DNA of 61,644 bases, the filler included. It is 7 parts of 7 records of this genome, joined end to end, with 100 filler letters (N's around TTAATTAATTAA, not from the genome) between each part and the next. Parts side by side here need not be neighbours in the genome. Positions count along the whole stretch, not along the records: positions 1 to 9,231 come from SRR31156797_32712; positions 9,332 to 15,703 come from SRR31156797_32724; 5 more parts are not named here. One strand, given 5' to 3'. The notes under the pieces are model-generated. The model searched no databases. It was not told where the DNA came from and saw nothing but the letters and a program-made list of their open reading frames with translations. A program made the position numbers and the translations under genes. Below, in pieces: positions 1 to 9,827 of the stretch; positions within the stretch are counted from its first letter, which is position 1, and the number at the start of each line of letters is the position of its first letter.

Positions 1-1
1 C

Positions 2-583
2 AAACAGTCTGGTGGTCGTGGTCAGTATGGCCACGTTGTCCTCGAAGTCGAACCTAATCCTGAGAAAGGGTACGAGTTTGCGGACGAAATCAAGGGCGGC
101 GTGATTCCGAAGGAATACATTCCCGCTGTTGATAAGGGCATTCAGGATGCCATGAAGAACGGTATCGTCGCCGGTTTCCCGGTTGTCGATGTGAAGGTTA
201 AGCTTGTTTACGGCTCCTACCATGAAGTCGACTCCAGCGAACAGGCCTTCTACATTGCCGGTTCTCAGGCAATCAAGGAAGCTTGCAGAGGCGCCAAGCC
301 GGTACTGCTTGAGCCGATTATGTCGGTTGAAGTTGTGACCCCCGAGGATTACCTCGGTGATGTCATGGGTGACTTGAACGGCCGTCGTGGGCGCGTGGGT
401 GAAATGGAAGCCCGCACCGGTGTCCAGGTTGTTCGGTCTTTTGTCCCGCTGTCCGAAATGTTCGGATACGCCACTGATCTTCGTTCGAAGACTCAGGGCC
501 GCGCGACATTCACCATGCAGTTCGATCACTACGAAAAGTTGCCGAACAGCTTGGCCGAAGAATTGATGAACGGAAAAGATTAA
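2..583 (+). CDS. fusA: Elongation factor G, C-terminal part (5' truncated by window edge)
   Basis: Frame from nt 2 reads [12 protein letters not shown]...; [16 protein letters not shown] and [16 protein letters not shown] are EF-G domain IV/V motifs. Confidence 0.97.
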   Translation, partial: KQSGGRGQYGHVVLEVEPNPEKGYEFADEIKGGVIPKEYIPAVDKGIQDAMKNGIVAGFPVVDVKVKLVYGSYHEVDSSEQAFYIAGSQAIKEACRGAKPVLLEPIMSVEVVTPEDYLGDVMGDLNGRRGRVGEMEARTGVQVVRSFVPLSEMFGYATDLRSKTQGRATFTMQFDHYEKLPNSLAEELMNGKD

Positions 584-714
584 CGTAGAGCCGAGGATTT
601 TCCCTTTGCTTGACACTGCGGCGAGTCGGGTGTAATCAACCCGACCGCTGCAATGAACCGTGCCATTATCAATTTTGGCGCGAGCAAAGATAAATCCTTT
701 GAGGAGAAAGCACT

Positions 715-1035
715 ATGGCTGCTTCGATGGCGAGCGATCGCATCAGAATTAAATTGAGATCATACGATTACCGTATTTTGGACAAGGCTGTCACCGAGAT
801 CGTTGACACCGCCCGGAATACGGGTGCGGCAATTGCCGGCCCCGTGCCGCTGCCCACCGACATTCATCGTACTACTGTTCAGAAGTCTGTTCACGTTGAC
901 AAAAAGTCTCGTGAGCAGTTTGAAATGCGTATTCATAAGCGTCTTCTGGATATTCTTGAACCCACTCAGCAGACTGTTGACGCTCTTGGCAAGCTTTCCT
1001 TGCCCGCAGGCGTGGACGTCGAGATCAAGCTCTAG
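715..1035 (+). CDS. rpsJ: 30S ribosomal protein S10
   Basis: [41 protein letters not shown]. Confidence 0.98.
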   Translation: MAASMASDRIRIKLRSYDYRILDKAVTEIVDTARNTGAAIAGPVPLPTDIHRTTVQKSVHVDKKSREQFEMRIHKRLLDILEPTQQTVDALGKLSLPAGVDVEIKL

Positions 1036-1045
1036 GAGTATAGTT

Positions 1046-1678
1046 ATGGCTAAGACTCTCGGATTGCTTGGCAAGAAGCTGGGCATGACACGCATTTTCA
1101 AGGACGATGGTACAATCTGTCCTGTAACCGTTATTGAGGCTGGTCCTTGTTCGGTTATGCAGATTAAGACCACGGACAAGGAAGGCTACAACGCTTTGCA
1201 GCTCGGTTATGATTCCATCGCCGAACGTAAAGTGAACAAGCCCATGAAAGGCCATATGGCCAAGGCCGGTAAGGATCTCTATCGCACACTCAAGGAATTT
1301 CCCCTTGAAGTGGTTGAAGAGTACGAATTGGGCCAAGAAATTACCGTCGACATTTTTGCCGCCGGTGAAAAGGTCAAGGTTACCGGTACCTCTAAGGGTA
1401 AAGGTTTCCAGGGTGTCATGAAGCGTCACAACTTCGCTGGCTCCCGCGCCTCCCACGGTGCTGAGAAAGTTCACCGCGTTCCCGGTTCTGTCGGTAACGC
1501 CACTTTCCCGGGCCGCGTTTGGAAGGGCAAGAAAATGCCCGGCCAGATGGGTAATGCACGTGTGACCTTGAGCAACGTGGAAATCGTCGATGTCAGGCCC
1601 GAGGACAATGTCCTGTTGGTCAAGGGCCAAGTGCCCGGTCCCAACAACGGCCTCGTGATGATCCGCAAGAACGGCTAA
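1046..1678 (+). CDS. rplC: 50S ribosomal protein L3
   Basis: GKKLGMTRIF, SKGKGFQGVMKRH, GKKMPGQMG; start moved to the ATG at 1046 behind AGGAG. Confidence 0.98.
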   Translation: MAKTLGLLGKKLGMTRIFKDDGTICPVTVIEAGPCSVMQIKTTDKEGYNALQLGYDSIAERKVNKPMKGHMAKAGKDLYRTLKEFPLEVVEEYELGQEITVDIFAAGEKVKVTGTSKGKGFQGVMKRHNFAGSRASHGAEKVHRVPGSVGNATFPGRVWKGKKMPGQMGNARVTLSNVEIVDVRPEDNVLLVKGQVPGPNNGLVMIRKNG

Positions 1679-1690
1679 GAGGTATACGTC

Positions 1691-2311
1691 ATGGCTAAAA
1701 TACAAGTTGTAGATCAGAATAATAAGAAAGTGGGCGACTTCGAGTTGGCTCCTGAGGTTTTCGAGGTAGAAATCATGCCTGAAATCCTCAACCACGTTGT
1801 CCGTGCCCAGCGCGCTTCTGTGCGTCAGGGAACCCACGCTACTAAGAATCGTGCTTTGAAGACCGGCGGTGGCCGCAAGCCCTGGCGCCAGAAAGGCACC
1901 GGCCGCGCTCGTGCTGGTTCCGTCCGTTCGCCTCTGTGGCGTGGTGGTGCTACCACCTTCGGCCCGCAGCCTCGCGATTACTCCTTCAAAGTGAACAAAA
2001 AAGTCCGCAAGCTGGCTTTGAGGATGGCTTTGTCCTCTCGTGCTTCCGAAGAGAAGCTCACAGTGGTCAAGTCCATCGATCTCGCAGAGATCAAAACCAA
2101 GGCCTTTGCTGATGTTGCTGAGAAGCTCGGCATGACCAAGACCCTCATCGTCGCAAAGGGCGTTGACAAGAACCTGGAGCTTTCCGCACGAAATATGCCC
2201 CATATCAAGGTCATCGAAGCCGACAAGCTGAATGTTTACGATGTGCTGCTGTACCCCGAGCTGGTAATGCTCGAGACCGCCGCTCAAGACGTTCAAGAGA
2301 GGTTGAAGTAA
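1691..2311 (+). CDS. rplD: 50S ribosomal protein L4
   Basis: RQGTHATK, KPWRQKGTGRARAGS. Confidence 0.98.
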   Translation: MAKIQVVDQNNKKVGDFELAPEVFEVEIMPEILNHVVRAQRASVRQGTHATKNRALKTGGGRKPWRQKGTGRARAGSVRSPLWRGGATTFGPQPRDYSFKVNKKVRKLALRMALSSRASEEKLTVVKSIDLAEIKTKAFADVAEKLGMTKTLIVAKGVDKNLELSARNMPHIKVIEADKLNVYDVLLYPELVMLETAAQDVQERLK

Positions 2312-2604
2312 TGGATTATTCACAAGTACTGCTCAAGCCCGTTGTTTCTGAAAAGGCCAACGAAGCCAAAGAGCAATCCAATCACGTCTCTTTTTACGTC
2401 CACCCCGATTCTAATAAGGTCGAGGTAAAGAAGGCCGTTGAGGCAGCCTTTGACGTTAAAGTCGAGTCCGTGAATATTGTCCGGAAGAAAGCAATGCCGC
2501 GCATGAAGTTCGGCCGTGCCACCGGTGGTCGCATCGCCGGTTACAAAAAGGCATACGTCAAGCTTGCTGCCGGTGACAAAATCGAAATATTCGAAGGAGT
2601 GTAA
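2311..2604 (+). CDS. rplW: 50S ribosomal protein L23
   Basis: PVVSEKA, KKAYVKL; operon position. Confidence 0.97.
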   Translation: MDYSQVLLKPVVSEKANEAKEQSNHVSFYVHPDSNKVEVKKAVEAAFDVKVESVNIVRKKAMPRMKFGRATGGRIAGYKKAYVKLAAGDKIEIFEGV

Positions 2605-2606
2605 CC

Positions 2607-3437
2607 ATGGCAACCCGTAAGTTGAAGCCTACTTCTCCGGGCCGCCGGTTCCAGACGATCTCCGATTTCGCAGAGATCACCAGAACCACTCCCGAGAAGT
2701 CGCTGACCAAGGGCCTGACCAAAAAGTCCGGTCGTAATAATAATGGTCGTGTCACCATGCGCCGTCGCGGCGGAGGACACAAGACGCTGTACCGCGTCAT
2801 CGATTTCAAGCGCAATAAAGTTGGCGTTCCCGCCAAGGTCGCTGAGATCGAATATGATCCGAACCGCAGCGCACGTATCGCTCTTCTGCATTACGCAGAC
2901 GGTGAGAAGCGCTATATCCTGGCTCCTGTCGGCCTGAATCAGGGCGATTCCATCGTCGCTGGCGAAGGTGTTGACATCAAGCCCGGCAACGCCATGGATC
3001 TGGCAAAGATCCCGACTGGTACCATCGTGCATAACATTGAATTGCATCCTGGAAAGGGTGGACAGTTCTGCCGCGCAGCCGGTACATATGCACAGCTGAT
3101 CGCCAAGGAAGGCAAGTACGCCCTCCTGCGCATGCCTTCTGGTGAGGTCCGTAAGGTCCTGGCCACTTGCTGCGCCACTGTCGGTCAGGTTGGTAACATT
3201 CATCACGAGAACATCAAGATCGGTAAGGCTGGCCGTAACCGCTGGCTCGGTCGTCGCCCGAAGGTCCGTGGTGTGGCAATGAACCCGATCGATCACCCGT
3301 TGGGTGGTGGTGAAGGTCGTAGTTCCGGTGGTCGTCATCCGGTGTCCCCGTGGGGTACCCCGGCCAAGGGCTACAAGACCCGGAACAAGAAGAAGGCTTC
3401 CTCGAAGCTCATCGTCAAACGCCGCGGCCAGAAGTAG
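2607..3437 (+). CDS. rplB: 50S ribosomal protein L2
   Basis: [28 protein letters not shown]. Confidence 0.99.
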   Translation: MATRKLKPTSPGRRFQTISDFAEITRTTPEKSLTKGLTKKSGRNNNGRVTMRRRGGGHKTLYRVIDFKRNKVGVPAKVAEIEYDPNRSARIALLHYADGEKRYILAPVGLNQGDSIVAGEGVDIKPGNAMDLAKIPTGTIVHNIELHPGKGGQFCRAAGTYAQLIAKEGKYALLRMPSGEVRKVLATCCATVGQVGNIHHENIKIGKAGRNRWLGRRPKVRGVAMNPIDHPLGGGEGRSSGGRHPVSPWGTPAKGYKTRNKKKASSKLIVKRRGQK

Positions 3438-3448
3438 GAGTATAACTA

Positions 3449-3718
3449 ATGCCTAGATCTCTTAAAAAGGGCCCGTTCCTTGACGGTCACCTGATCAAGA
3501 AAATCCAAGTGGCTGGAGAAAATCAGGATCGACGCGTGATCAAGACTTGGTCCCGTCGTTCCACGATCGTCCCCGAGATGGTCGGTATGACTTTCGCTGT
3601 CCATAACGGTCGTAAGTTCATCCCTGTGTTCGTTACCGAAAACATGGTCGGACACAAACTGGGTGAATTCTCCCCCACCCGTACCTACTTCGGCCATCTC
3701 GCCGATAAGAAAAAGTAG
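3449..3718 (+). CDS. rpsS: 30S ribosomal protein S19
   Basis: [28 protein letters not shown]. Confidence 0.99.
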   Translation: MPRSLKKGPFLDGHLIKKIQVAGENQDRRVIKTWSRRSTIVPEMVGMTFAVHNGRKFIPVFVTENMVGHKLGEFSPTRTYFGHLADKKK

Positions 3719-3732
3719 GGTAGGAGGACATT

Positions 3733-4065
3733 ATGGAAGCTAAAGCAGTCTCTAAGTTCATTCGTGTGTCTCCGCGCAAGACTCGTCTTGTAGCCGAGAA
3801 CATTAAAGGCAAGGGCGTCGAAGACGCTCTCAATATTCTTCGGTTCACTCCGAAGAAAGCCGCGAAGATCCTCAGCAAGGTCCTCTTTTCCGCCGTTTCC
3901 AACGCGGAACAGATGCCCGGTGTTGATGTTGATTCCCTGATCGTTGACACGGTCATGGTTAACGAAGGTCCTACCTGGAAGCGTATTCAGCCGCGTGCCA
4001 TGGGCCGCGCTTACCGCATCAGGAAGCGTACCAGCCACATTACAATCGTAGTGAAGGAACAGTAA
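3733..4065 (+). CDS. rplV: 50S ribosomal protein L22
   Basis: [27 protein letters not shown]. Confidence 0.98.
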   Translation: MEAKAVSKFIRVSPRKTRLVAENIKGKGVEDALNILRFTPKKAAKILSKVLFSAVSNAEQMPGVDVDSLIVDTVMVNEGPTWKRIQPRAMGRAYRIRKRTSHITIVVKEQ

Positions 4066-4066
4066 T

Positions 4067-4708
4067 ATGGGACAGAAAGTACATCCTTACGGTTTTCGTC
4101 TGGGGTATAACAAGAACTGGCTGTCCCGCTGGTACAGCAAAAAGGACTATCCTGCGTTCGTTCTTCAGGACGACCAGGTCCGCAAGTTCGTTAAGAAAAA
4201 ATTGTTTCAAGCTGGCGTGTCCCGTATCGAAATCGAGCGGGCCGGCGGTAAGATTCGCCTGATCATCCACACTGCGCGTCCCGGTATTGTTATCGGTCGC
4301 AAAGGTGTAGAGATAGAAAAGTTGCGTGAAGAATTGCGTAACAAGTTTCAAACTGAATTCACCATTGAGGTCAACGAGATTCGTCGACCGGAGGTTGAAG
4401 CTCAGCTCGTAGCTGAGAACATTGCCCAGCAGCTTGAACGTCGAATTGCCTTCCGCCGTGCCATGAAGCGTACGGTGGGCCTTGCCAGGAAATTCGGCGC
4501 CGAGGGTATTAAAGTTGCGTGTGCAGGTCGCCTGGCTGGCGCCGAGATCGCACGCGGCGAGTGGTACCGTGATGGGCGTGTGCCTTTGCACACACTCCGT
4601 GCCGACATCGACTATGGTTTCGCCGAAGCAGCTACTACTTACGGCGTTATCGGAGTCAAGGTCTGGATTTTCAAGGGTGAGATTCTGGACAAAGAGGTAG
4701 AACAGTAA
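4067..4708 (+). CDS. rpsC: 30S ribosomal protein S3
   Basis: [26 protein letters not shown]. Confidence 0.99.
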   Translation: MGQKVHPYGFRLGYNKNWLSRWYSKKDYPAFVLQDDQVRKFVKKKLFQAGVSRIEIERAGGKIRLIIHTARPGIVIGRKGVEIEKLREELRNKFQTEFTIEVNEIRRPEVEAQLVAENIAQQLERRIAFRRAMKRTVGLARKFGAEGIKVACAGRLAGAEIARGEWYRDGRVPLHTLRADIDYGFAEAATTYGVIGVKVWIFKGEILDKEVEQ

Positions 4709-5121
4709 TGCTTGCTCCAAAAAGAGTAAAATTCAGAAAGCGGCAGAAAGGCCGCCTCAGAGGCAAGGCCCAACGGGGTAACAGTGTGTCCTTCGGCGAT
4801 ATCGGCCTGAAGGCATTGGAGCACGGAAAGATCACAGCCCAGCAAATCGAATCCGCCCGTGTCGCTATCATGCGTCACATCAAGCGCGGCGGTAAAGTCT
4901 GGATCCGCATCTTCCCTGATTTCCCCGTCACCTCCAAGCCCGCGGAAGTCCGTATGGGTAAGGGTAAAGGCGCACCCGATGGTTGGGTTGCACCGGTGAA
5001 ACCGGGTCGTATCATGTACGAAGTTAAAGGCGTTGACATCGAACTGGCTAAGGAAGCACTCAAGCGTGCTTCTTACAAGCTGCCGATCAAGACCGCTATC
5101 GTTGTGAAGGAGGGTATGTAA
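4708..5121 (+). CDS. rplP: 50S ribosomal protein L16
   Basis: [22 protein letters not shown]. Confidence 0.99.
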   Translation: MLAPKRVKFRKRQKGRLRGKAQRGNSVSFGDIGLKALEHGKITAQQIESARVAIMRHIKRGGKVWIRIFPDFPVTSKPAEVRMGKGKGAPDGWVAPVKPGRIMYEVKGVDIELAKEALKRASYKLPIKTAIVVKEGM

Positions 5122-5316
5122 ATGCTGACTTCCAAGGAACTTCGTGAACTGGATGACGCCAAATTGAACGAGAAGCTGACCGAGTCCCGACAGGAGTTGT
5201 TTTCCATGCGTTTCAAGCATGCTACAGCTCAGCTCGAGAACACCCAGCATCTCTCCGGCGTCAAAAAGACTATCGCCCGTATCCTGACTATTCAGCGGGA
5301 ACGACAGGGAGCGTAG
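5122..5316 (+). CDS. rpmC: 50S ribosomal protein L29
   Basis: ELFSMRFKHATAQLEN, KKTIARILT; operon position. Confidence 0.97.
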   Translation: MLTSKELRELDDAKLNEKLTESRQELFSMRFKHATAQLENTQHLSGVKKTIARILTIQRERQGA

Positions 5317-5320
5317 AGAA

Positions 5321-5587
5321 ATGGCTGAGTTTAAATACCAAGGCAACAAGCGTGTGCTCACCGGTCTGGTGATCTCCGACAAGGCTGACAAAACCATTGT
5401 CGTCCGCGTCGAGACCCTGGTGAAGCATCCGCTGCTGAAGAAGTACATTCGCCGCCGCAAGAAATTCATGGCCCATGATCCGGCTAATGATTGTGGTGTT
5501 GGCGACAAGGTGCAGATTGTCGAATCGAGGCCCATGTCCCGCCGTAAACGGTGGCATTTGGTGCAAATTCTCGAAAAGGCCGTCTAG
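5321..5587 (+). CDS. rpsQ: 30S ribosomal protein S17
   Basis: [28 protein letters not shown]. Confidence 0.98.
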   Translation: MAEFKYQGNKRVLTGLVISDKADKTIVVRVETLVKHPLLKKYIRRRKKFMAHDPANDCGVGDKVQIVESRPMSRRKRWHLVQILEKAV

Positions 5588-5601
5588 GTTTAGGAGGAAA
5601 C

Positions 5602-5970
5602 ATGATACAAGTTGAATCCAGACTCGACGTTGCTGACAACTCCGGGGCCAAACAGGTCCTGTGCATCAAGGTTCTTGGTGGTTCCAAGCGCCGTTACGCC
5701 AGCGTCGGTGATATTATTGTAGTGTCCGTCAAAGAAGCCATGCCCCATTCCAAAGTGAAGAAGGGCTCGGTTATGAAGGCGGTTGTCGTTCGCACGAAGA
5801 AGGAACTTGGTCGTCCCGACGGTTCCTACATCAAGTTCGACAACAATTCCGCTGTGCTGCTTAACGCTAACATGGACCCCGTCGGTACCCGTATTTTCGG
5901 ACCCGTGGCTCGTGAATTGCGTGCAGCCGGTTTCATGAAGATCGTTTCCCTCGCCCCCGAGGTCCTGTAA
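5602..5970 (+). CDS. rplN: 50S ribosomal protein L14
   Basis: [38 protein letters not shown] before the ATG at 5602. Confidence 0.99.
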   Translation: MIQVESRLDVADNSGAKQVLCIKVLGGSKRRYASVGDIIVVSVKEAMPHSKVKKGSVMKAVVVRTKKELGRPDGSYIKFDNNSAVLLNANMDPVGTRIFGPVARELRAAGFMKIVSLAPEVL

Positions 5971-5974
5971 GGAT

Positions 5975-6301
5975 ATGATGATGAAGACTAAAATTCGCAA
6001 AGACGACAAAGTCATGGTCATCGCCGGAAAGGACAAGGGTAAGATCGGTAAGGTGTTGAAGATTCTCAAGAAGCAGGACAAAGTCCTGGTTGAGAAGGTG
6101 AACATGGTCCAGCGCCACACCAAAGCCAACCCCTATGCCCAGCAACCCGGCGGTATCATCGAGAAGGAAGCCCCGATCCATGTATCCAATGTGGCTGTTG
6201 TTTGCGATGCATGCACCAAGCCCACGCGGGTCGGGTACAAGAAGACTGAAGATGGAAAGAAGGTTCGCTTCTGCAAGAAGTGCAACGAAACCTTCAAGTA
6301 G
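5975..6301 (+). CDS. rplX: 50S ribosomal protein L24 (start may be 5978 or 5981)
   Basis: KOW motif [24 protein letters not shown]; also CDAC and CKKC pairs. Confidence 0.97.
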   Translation: MMMKTKIRKDDKVMVIAGKDKGKIGKVLKILKKQDKVLVEKVNMVQRHTKANPYAQQPGGIIEKEAPIHVSNVAVVCDACTKPTRVGYKKTEDGKKVRFCKKCNETFK

Positions 6302-6309
6302 GTATCAGT

Positions 6310-6849
6310 ATGACACGTCTCGAGACAGTATATAATGAAAAGGTCGTCCCCGAGCTCCAGAAGGAGTACGGTTATTCCTCTTCCATGGAGATTCCTCGTA
6401 TCACGAAGATCTCCTTGAACATCGGACTTGGTGAAGCGAGCCAGAATAGCAAGCTCATCGAACCCGCTGCCGAGGAATTGACCGCAATCGCAGGCCAGAA
6501 GGCCGTTGTCACTCTGGCAAAGAAATCCATCGCACAGTTCAAGCTGCGCGAAGGTATGCCGGTAGGCACTCGCGTGACTTTGCGCGGCGATGCAATGTGG
6601 GATTTTTATGACAAGCTCGTGAGCTTTGCTCTGCCCCGTGTCCGCGACTTTCGCGGTATCCCCGATCGTGGTTTTGACGGTCGTGGTAACTTCACAATGG
6701 GCATCAAGGAACACACCATCTTCCCTGAGCTTGACATCGATAGAGTTGAGATGGTGAAGGGCATGAACGTGACAGTGTGCACGACCGCTAAGACAGATAA
6801 AGAAGGCAAGTCCCTTCTGGATCTGCTCGGTATGCCCTTTAAAAAGTAG
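6310..6849 (+). CDS. rplE: 50S ribosomal protein L5
   Basis: [26 protein letters not shown]. Confidence 0.99.
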   Translation: MTRLETVYNEKVVPELQKEYGYSSSMEIPRITKISLNIGLGEASQNSKLIEPAAEELTAIAGQKAVVTLAKKSIAQFKLREGMPVGTRVTLRGDAMWDFYDKLVSFALPRVRDFRGIPDRGFDGRGNFTMGIKEHTIFPELDIDRVEMVKGMNVTVCTTAKTDKEGKSLLDLLGMPFKK

Positions 6850-6860
6850 GAGGACGGAAA

Positions 6861-7046
6861 GTGGCCAAAACAAGCTTACGTGTTAAGGCACGCCGCAAAC
6901 CCAAGTTCAAGGTCCGCGCATACAATCGTTGTCCGATTTGTGGCCGTCCTCGGGCTTTTCTGAGGCGCTACGGCATCTGCCGTATTTGCTTCCGTAACAA
7001 GGCTCTCGCTGGTGAACTTCCCGGCGTCCGCAAGGCGAGCTGGTAA
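6861..7046 (+). CDS. rpsN: 30S ribosomal protein S14, zinc-binding (type Z) form
   Basis: 61 aa with CPIC...CRIC and [14 protein letters not shown] start behind AGGAGG. Confidence 0.98.
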   Translation: MAKTSLRVKARRKPKFKVRAYNRCPICGRPRAFLRRYGICRICFRNKALAGELPGVRKASW

Positions 7047-7061
7047 TTAAGGAGAATTGAA

Positions 7062-7445
7062 ATGGCTGTTGTTGATCCTGTAGCCGACATGTTGACCCGC
7101 ATCCGGAATGCGTATGGGGCATATCATAATGATGTTGCCATCCCGACTTCCAAGATGAAGTCTTCCATCGCGGGTATTTTGAAGGAAGAAGGTTATATTA
7201 CCGACTACGCTGTCGAGGACAGGGACATCAGTATTACCCTCAAGTACGTTGACGGAAAACCGTTGGTTACTGGCCTGAAAAAGGTCAGTAAACCCGGTCG
7301 TCGAGTGTACGTAGGTGCATCTGATATCCCCCGCGTCCAGAACGGCATCGGTATTTGTATCGTGTCCACATCCAAAGGGTTGCTCGAAGGCGCCAAGGCC
7401 AAAGAGGCCAACGTCGGCGGCGAGCTTCTCTGCGAAATCTGGTAA
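7062..7445 (+). CDS. rpsH: 30S ribosomal protein S8
   Basis: DPVADMLTRIRNA, SKPGRRVY, GGELLCEIW. Confidence 0.99.
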   Translation: MAVVDPVADMLTRIRNAYGAYHNDVAIPTSKMKSSIAGILKEEGYITDYAVEDRDISITLKYVDGKPLVTGLKKVSKPGRRVYVGASDIPRVQNGIGICIVSTSKGLLEGAKAKEANVGGELLCEIW

Positions 7446-7457
7446 AGAGGTTCCACT

Positions 7458-7994
7458 ATGTCTCGTATAGGAAAGAATCCCATCGACATCCCCTCGGGTG
7501 TTGAGGTATCTGTTGGAGCCTCCGAGATCCAGGTTAAGGGCCCTAAGGGGACCTTGCAGACTCCGGTCCACCCGACCGTTGAGTATAAGATCGAGGATGG
7601 CAAGGTGTATGTCTCCCGCATTGATGATTCCCGCCAGGCACGCGGGCAGCACGGTCTTCGTAGGACCTTGCTTGCCAACTGCGTTGATGGCGTGACCAAG
7701 GGGTTTGCAAAGACCTTGGAAGTTATCGGTGTAGGTTACAAGGTGTCCGTGCAGGGCAAAAAAATCGTTCTCAATGTCGGATTTTCACATCCGGTAGAGT
7801 TCGATCTGCCTGCCGGTCTCGAAGCTAAGGCGGAAGGCACTAAGCTGACCATCGAAGGCCTCGATAAGCAGCTTGTCGGAGAAGTCGCGGCACAAATCCG
7901 CCGCGTGCGTCCGCCGGAACCCTACAAGGGCAAGGGCATCAAGTACGCTGACGAATACATCCGCCGCAAGGCTGGTAAGTCCGGCGCTAAGTAG
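7458..7994 (+). CDS. rplF: 50S ribosomal protein L6
   Basis: MSRIGKNPI, RPPEPYKGKGI. Confidence 0.99.
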   Translation: MSRIGKNPIDIPSGVEVSVGASEIQVKGPKGTLQTPVHPTVEYKIEDGKVYVSRIDDSRQARGQHGLRRTLLANCVDGVTKGFAKTLEVIGVGYKVSVQGKKIVLNVGFSHPVEFDLPAGLEAKAEGTKLTIEGLDKQLVGEVAAQIRRVRPPEPYKGKGIKYADEYIRRKAGKSGAK

Positions 7995-8005
7995 GGGTAT
8001 AAGTC

Positions 8006-8365
8006 ATGAGTAAAAGCAAGAATGCACAGAGGCTTCTTCGGAAGCCCCGCATCAGAAAGAAAATATCCGGTACTGAAGTTCGCCCTCGTTTGGTCGTCTA
8101 TCGTTCCAACCAGCATCTTTATGCCCAGTTGATCGATGACGTGAACGGCGTGACTCTGGCCTCCGCAAGCACTCAGGTGCTGAACAAGGACGGCGAGACT
8201 CTCAAGGCAAACAAGGATTCTGCAACCAAGGTTGGCAAGGCTATAGCTGAAGCCGCTCTGGCAAAGAAAATCGAATCCTGTGTCTTCGACCGGAGTGGTT
8301 ACATCTATCACGGCAAGGTAAAAGCTCTTGCCGACGGCGCCCGTGAAGCCGGGCTTAAATTCTAG
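8006..8365 (+). CDS. rplR: 50S ribosomal protein L18
   Basis: [26 protein letters not shown]. Confidence 0.98.
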   Translation: MSKSKNAQRLLRKPRIRKKISGTEVRPRLVVYRSNQHLYAQLIDDVNGVTLASASTQVLNKDGETLKANKDSATKVGKAIAEAALAKKIESCVFDRSGYIYHGKVKALADGAREAGLKF

Positions 8366-8382
8366 GTAGCTAGGAAAGAACA

Positions 8383-8874
8383 ATGGAACAGAATGATAGT
8401 GGATTGATTGAAAAAATCGTCTACCTCAATCGCGTCGCCAAGGTTGTCAAGGGTGGCCGCCGTTTCAGCTTCAGCTGCCTGGTGGTCGTCGGAGACGGTG
8501 AAGGTGGAGTCGGATACGGTCTGGGTAAGGCCAACGAAGTGCCTGAAGCCATCCGCAAGGCGTCTGAACGCGCCAAGAAGAACATGATTAGTGTTCCTCT
8601 GCTGGACGGAACCCTGCCGTATGAGGTTTTGGGACGCTACGGTGCAGGCCGCGTTATGCTGAAGCCTGCTAGCCGTGGTACTGGTATTATTGCTGGTGGT
8701 CCCGTTCGTGCGATCATGGAAGCCGTTGGCGTCCATGACATCCTGACCAAGGCTATTGGCACCAATAATCCGCACAACGTGCTGCGTGCCACCATGGCTG
8801 GTCTGGAGTCCCTGCGGAGTGCCGAGGAAATGACCGCCCTGCGCGGTGTCCCGGTATCTACGCCGAGAAAGTAA
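8383..8874 (+). CDS. rpsE: 30S ribosomal protein S5
   Basis: [22 protein letters not shown]. Confidence 0.99.
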   Translation: MEQNDSGLIEKIVYLNRVAKVVKGGRRFSFSCLVVVGDGEGGVGYGLGKANEVPEAIRKASERAKKNMISVPLLDGTLPYEVLGRYGAGRVMLKPASRGTGIIAGGPVRAIMEAVGVHDILTKAIGTNNPHNVLRATMAGLESLRSAEEMTALRGVPVSTPRK

Positions 8875-8885
8875 AGGAGATCGCC

Positions 8886-9056
8886 GTGATTAAAGTAAAA
8901 CAGATCAAAAGCAAGATCGCGTGCAAGCCTGACCAGGTAAAGACCCTGGAAGCATTGGGCTTGCGTCGCATCAGCCAGGTCAAAGAACACGAAGATACTC
9001 CGGTTATTCGTGGCATGATCTACAAGGTCAGGCACCTGGTGGAGGTAGTAGAATAA
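8886..9056 (+). CDS. rpmD: 50S ribosomal protein L30 (absent from the ORF track, 56 aa)
   Basis: Manual translation from GTG 8886 behind [62 protein letters not shown]; lies between rpsE and rplO. Confidence 0.96.
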   Translation: MIKVKQIKSKIACKPDQVKTLEALGLRRISQVKEHEDTPVIRGMIYKVRHLVEVVE

Positions 9057-9231
9057 TGAAACTGCATGAACTCTACGCCTTCCCGGAAGAATATAAGAAT
9101 CGTAAGCGCATTGGTCGTGGTTCCGGTTCCGGTTGGGGTAAAACCTCCGGTAAAGGCCACAAGGGTCAGAACGCCCGCTCCGGCGGTGGTGTTCGTCCCG
9201 GCTTTGAAGGCGGCCAGATGCCTCTGGCACG
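9056..9231 (+). CDS. rplO: 50S ribosomal protein L15 (3' truncated at contig end)
   Basis: [33 protein letters not shown]. Confidence 0.97.
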
Positions 9232-9331
9232 NNNNNNNNNNNNNNNNNNNNNNNNNNNNNNNNNNNNNNNNNNNNTTAATTAATTAANNNNNNNNNNNNN
9301 NNNNNNNNNNNNNNNNNNNNNNNNNNNNNNN
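9232..9331. other. Artificial contig spacer
   Basis: N44-TTAATTAATTAA-N44 with stops in all six frames; abrupt GC drop across it. Confidence 0.99.
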
Positions 9332-9379
9332 TAAGAAACTAATTAAAATTTATATAGTTTACAAAATAAAAAAATAAGT

Positions 9380-9422
9380 AAAGAGCGATTTGTGATATTC
9401 AAATCGCTCTTTTGTTTTTTTT
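9380..9422 (+). terminator. Intrinsic terminator of an upstream gene outside the contig
   Basis: 13-bp stem AAAGAGCGATTTG/CAAATCGCTCTTT followed by a T-tract. Confidence 0.85.
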
Positions 9423-9827
9423 GTTATATATGGAATCTTAATTATAGTTCACTATGTTCTCACAAAACTACTTAATTTCCGTAATAATATAAAAAAATCA
9501 TAATTATTTTTAATTGACAATTAGAACTTATTTTTAAATAATGTTAAAAAAATGTAAAAACATTGAAAAAAGGTAACTATTTTTTGGATTTACACTCTAA
9601 TTTATGGTTCCTCTCATCTCCCTGTTTTATTTACGTTTATAAAAAATAACATATATAATTTATAGAGATATGAAATTTATAATATATTAAAATGATTTAA
9701 ATCTATAATTAGATTAATTTTGTATATTTGTCATAAACAGTGTTCAGTGGTAGTATTTTTAATGAAAGCGTGTTTAGTCAATCAAAATAAATACTGAATA
9801 CGTGTTTATAGAAAGGGTGGATATTAA

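Noticed and set aside
760-9230. Long antisense ORFs over the ribosomal operon (e.g. 1025-2323, 4639-5535)
   Set aside because: Shadow frames of highly codon-biased genes, with no recognisable motifs
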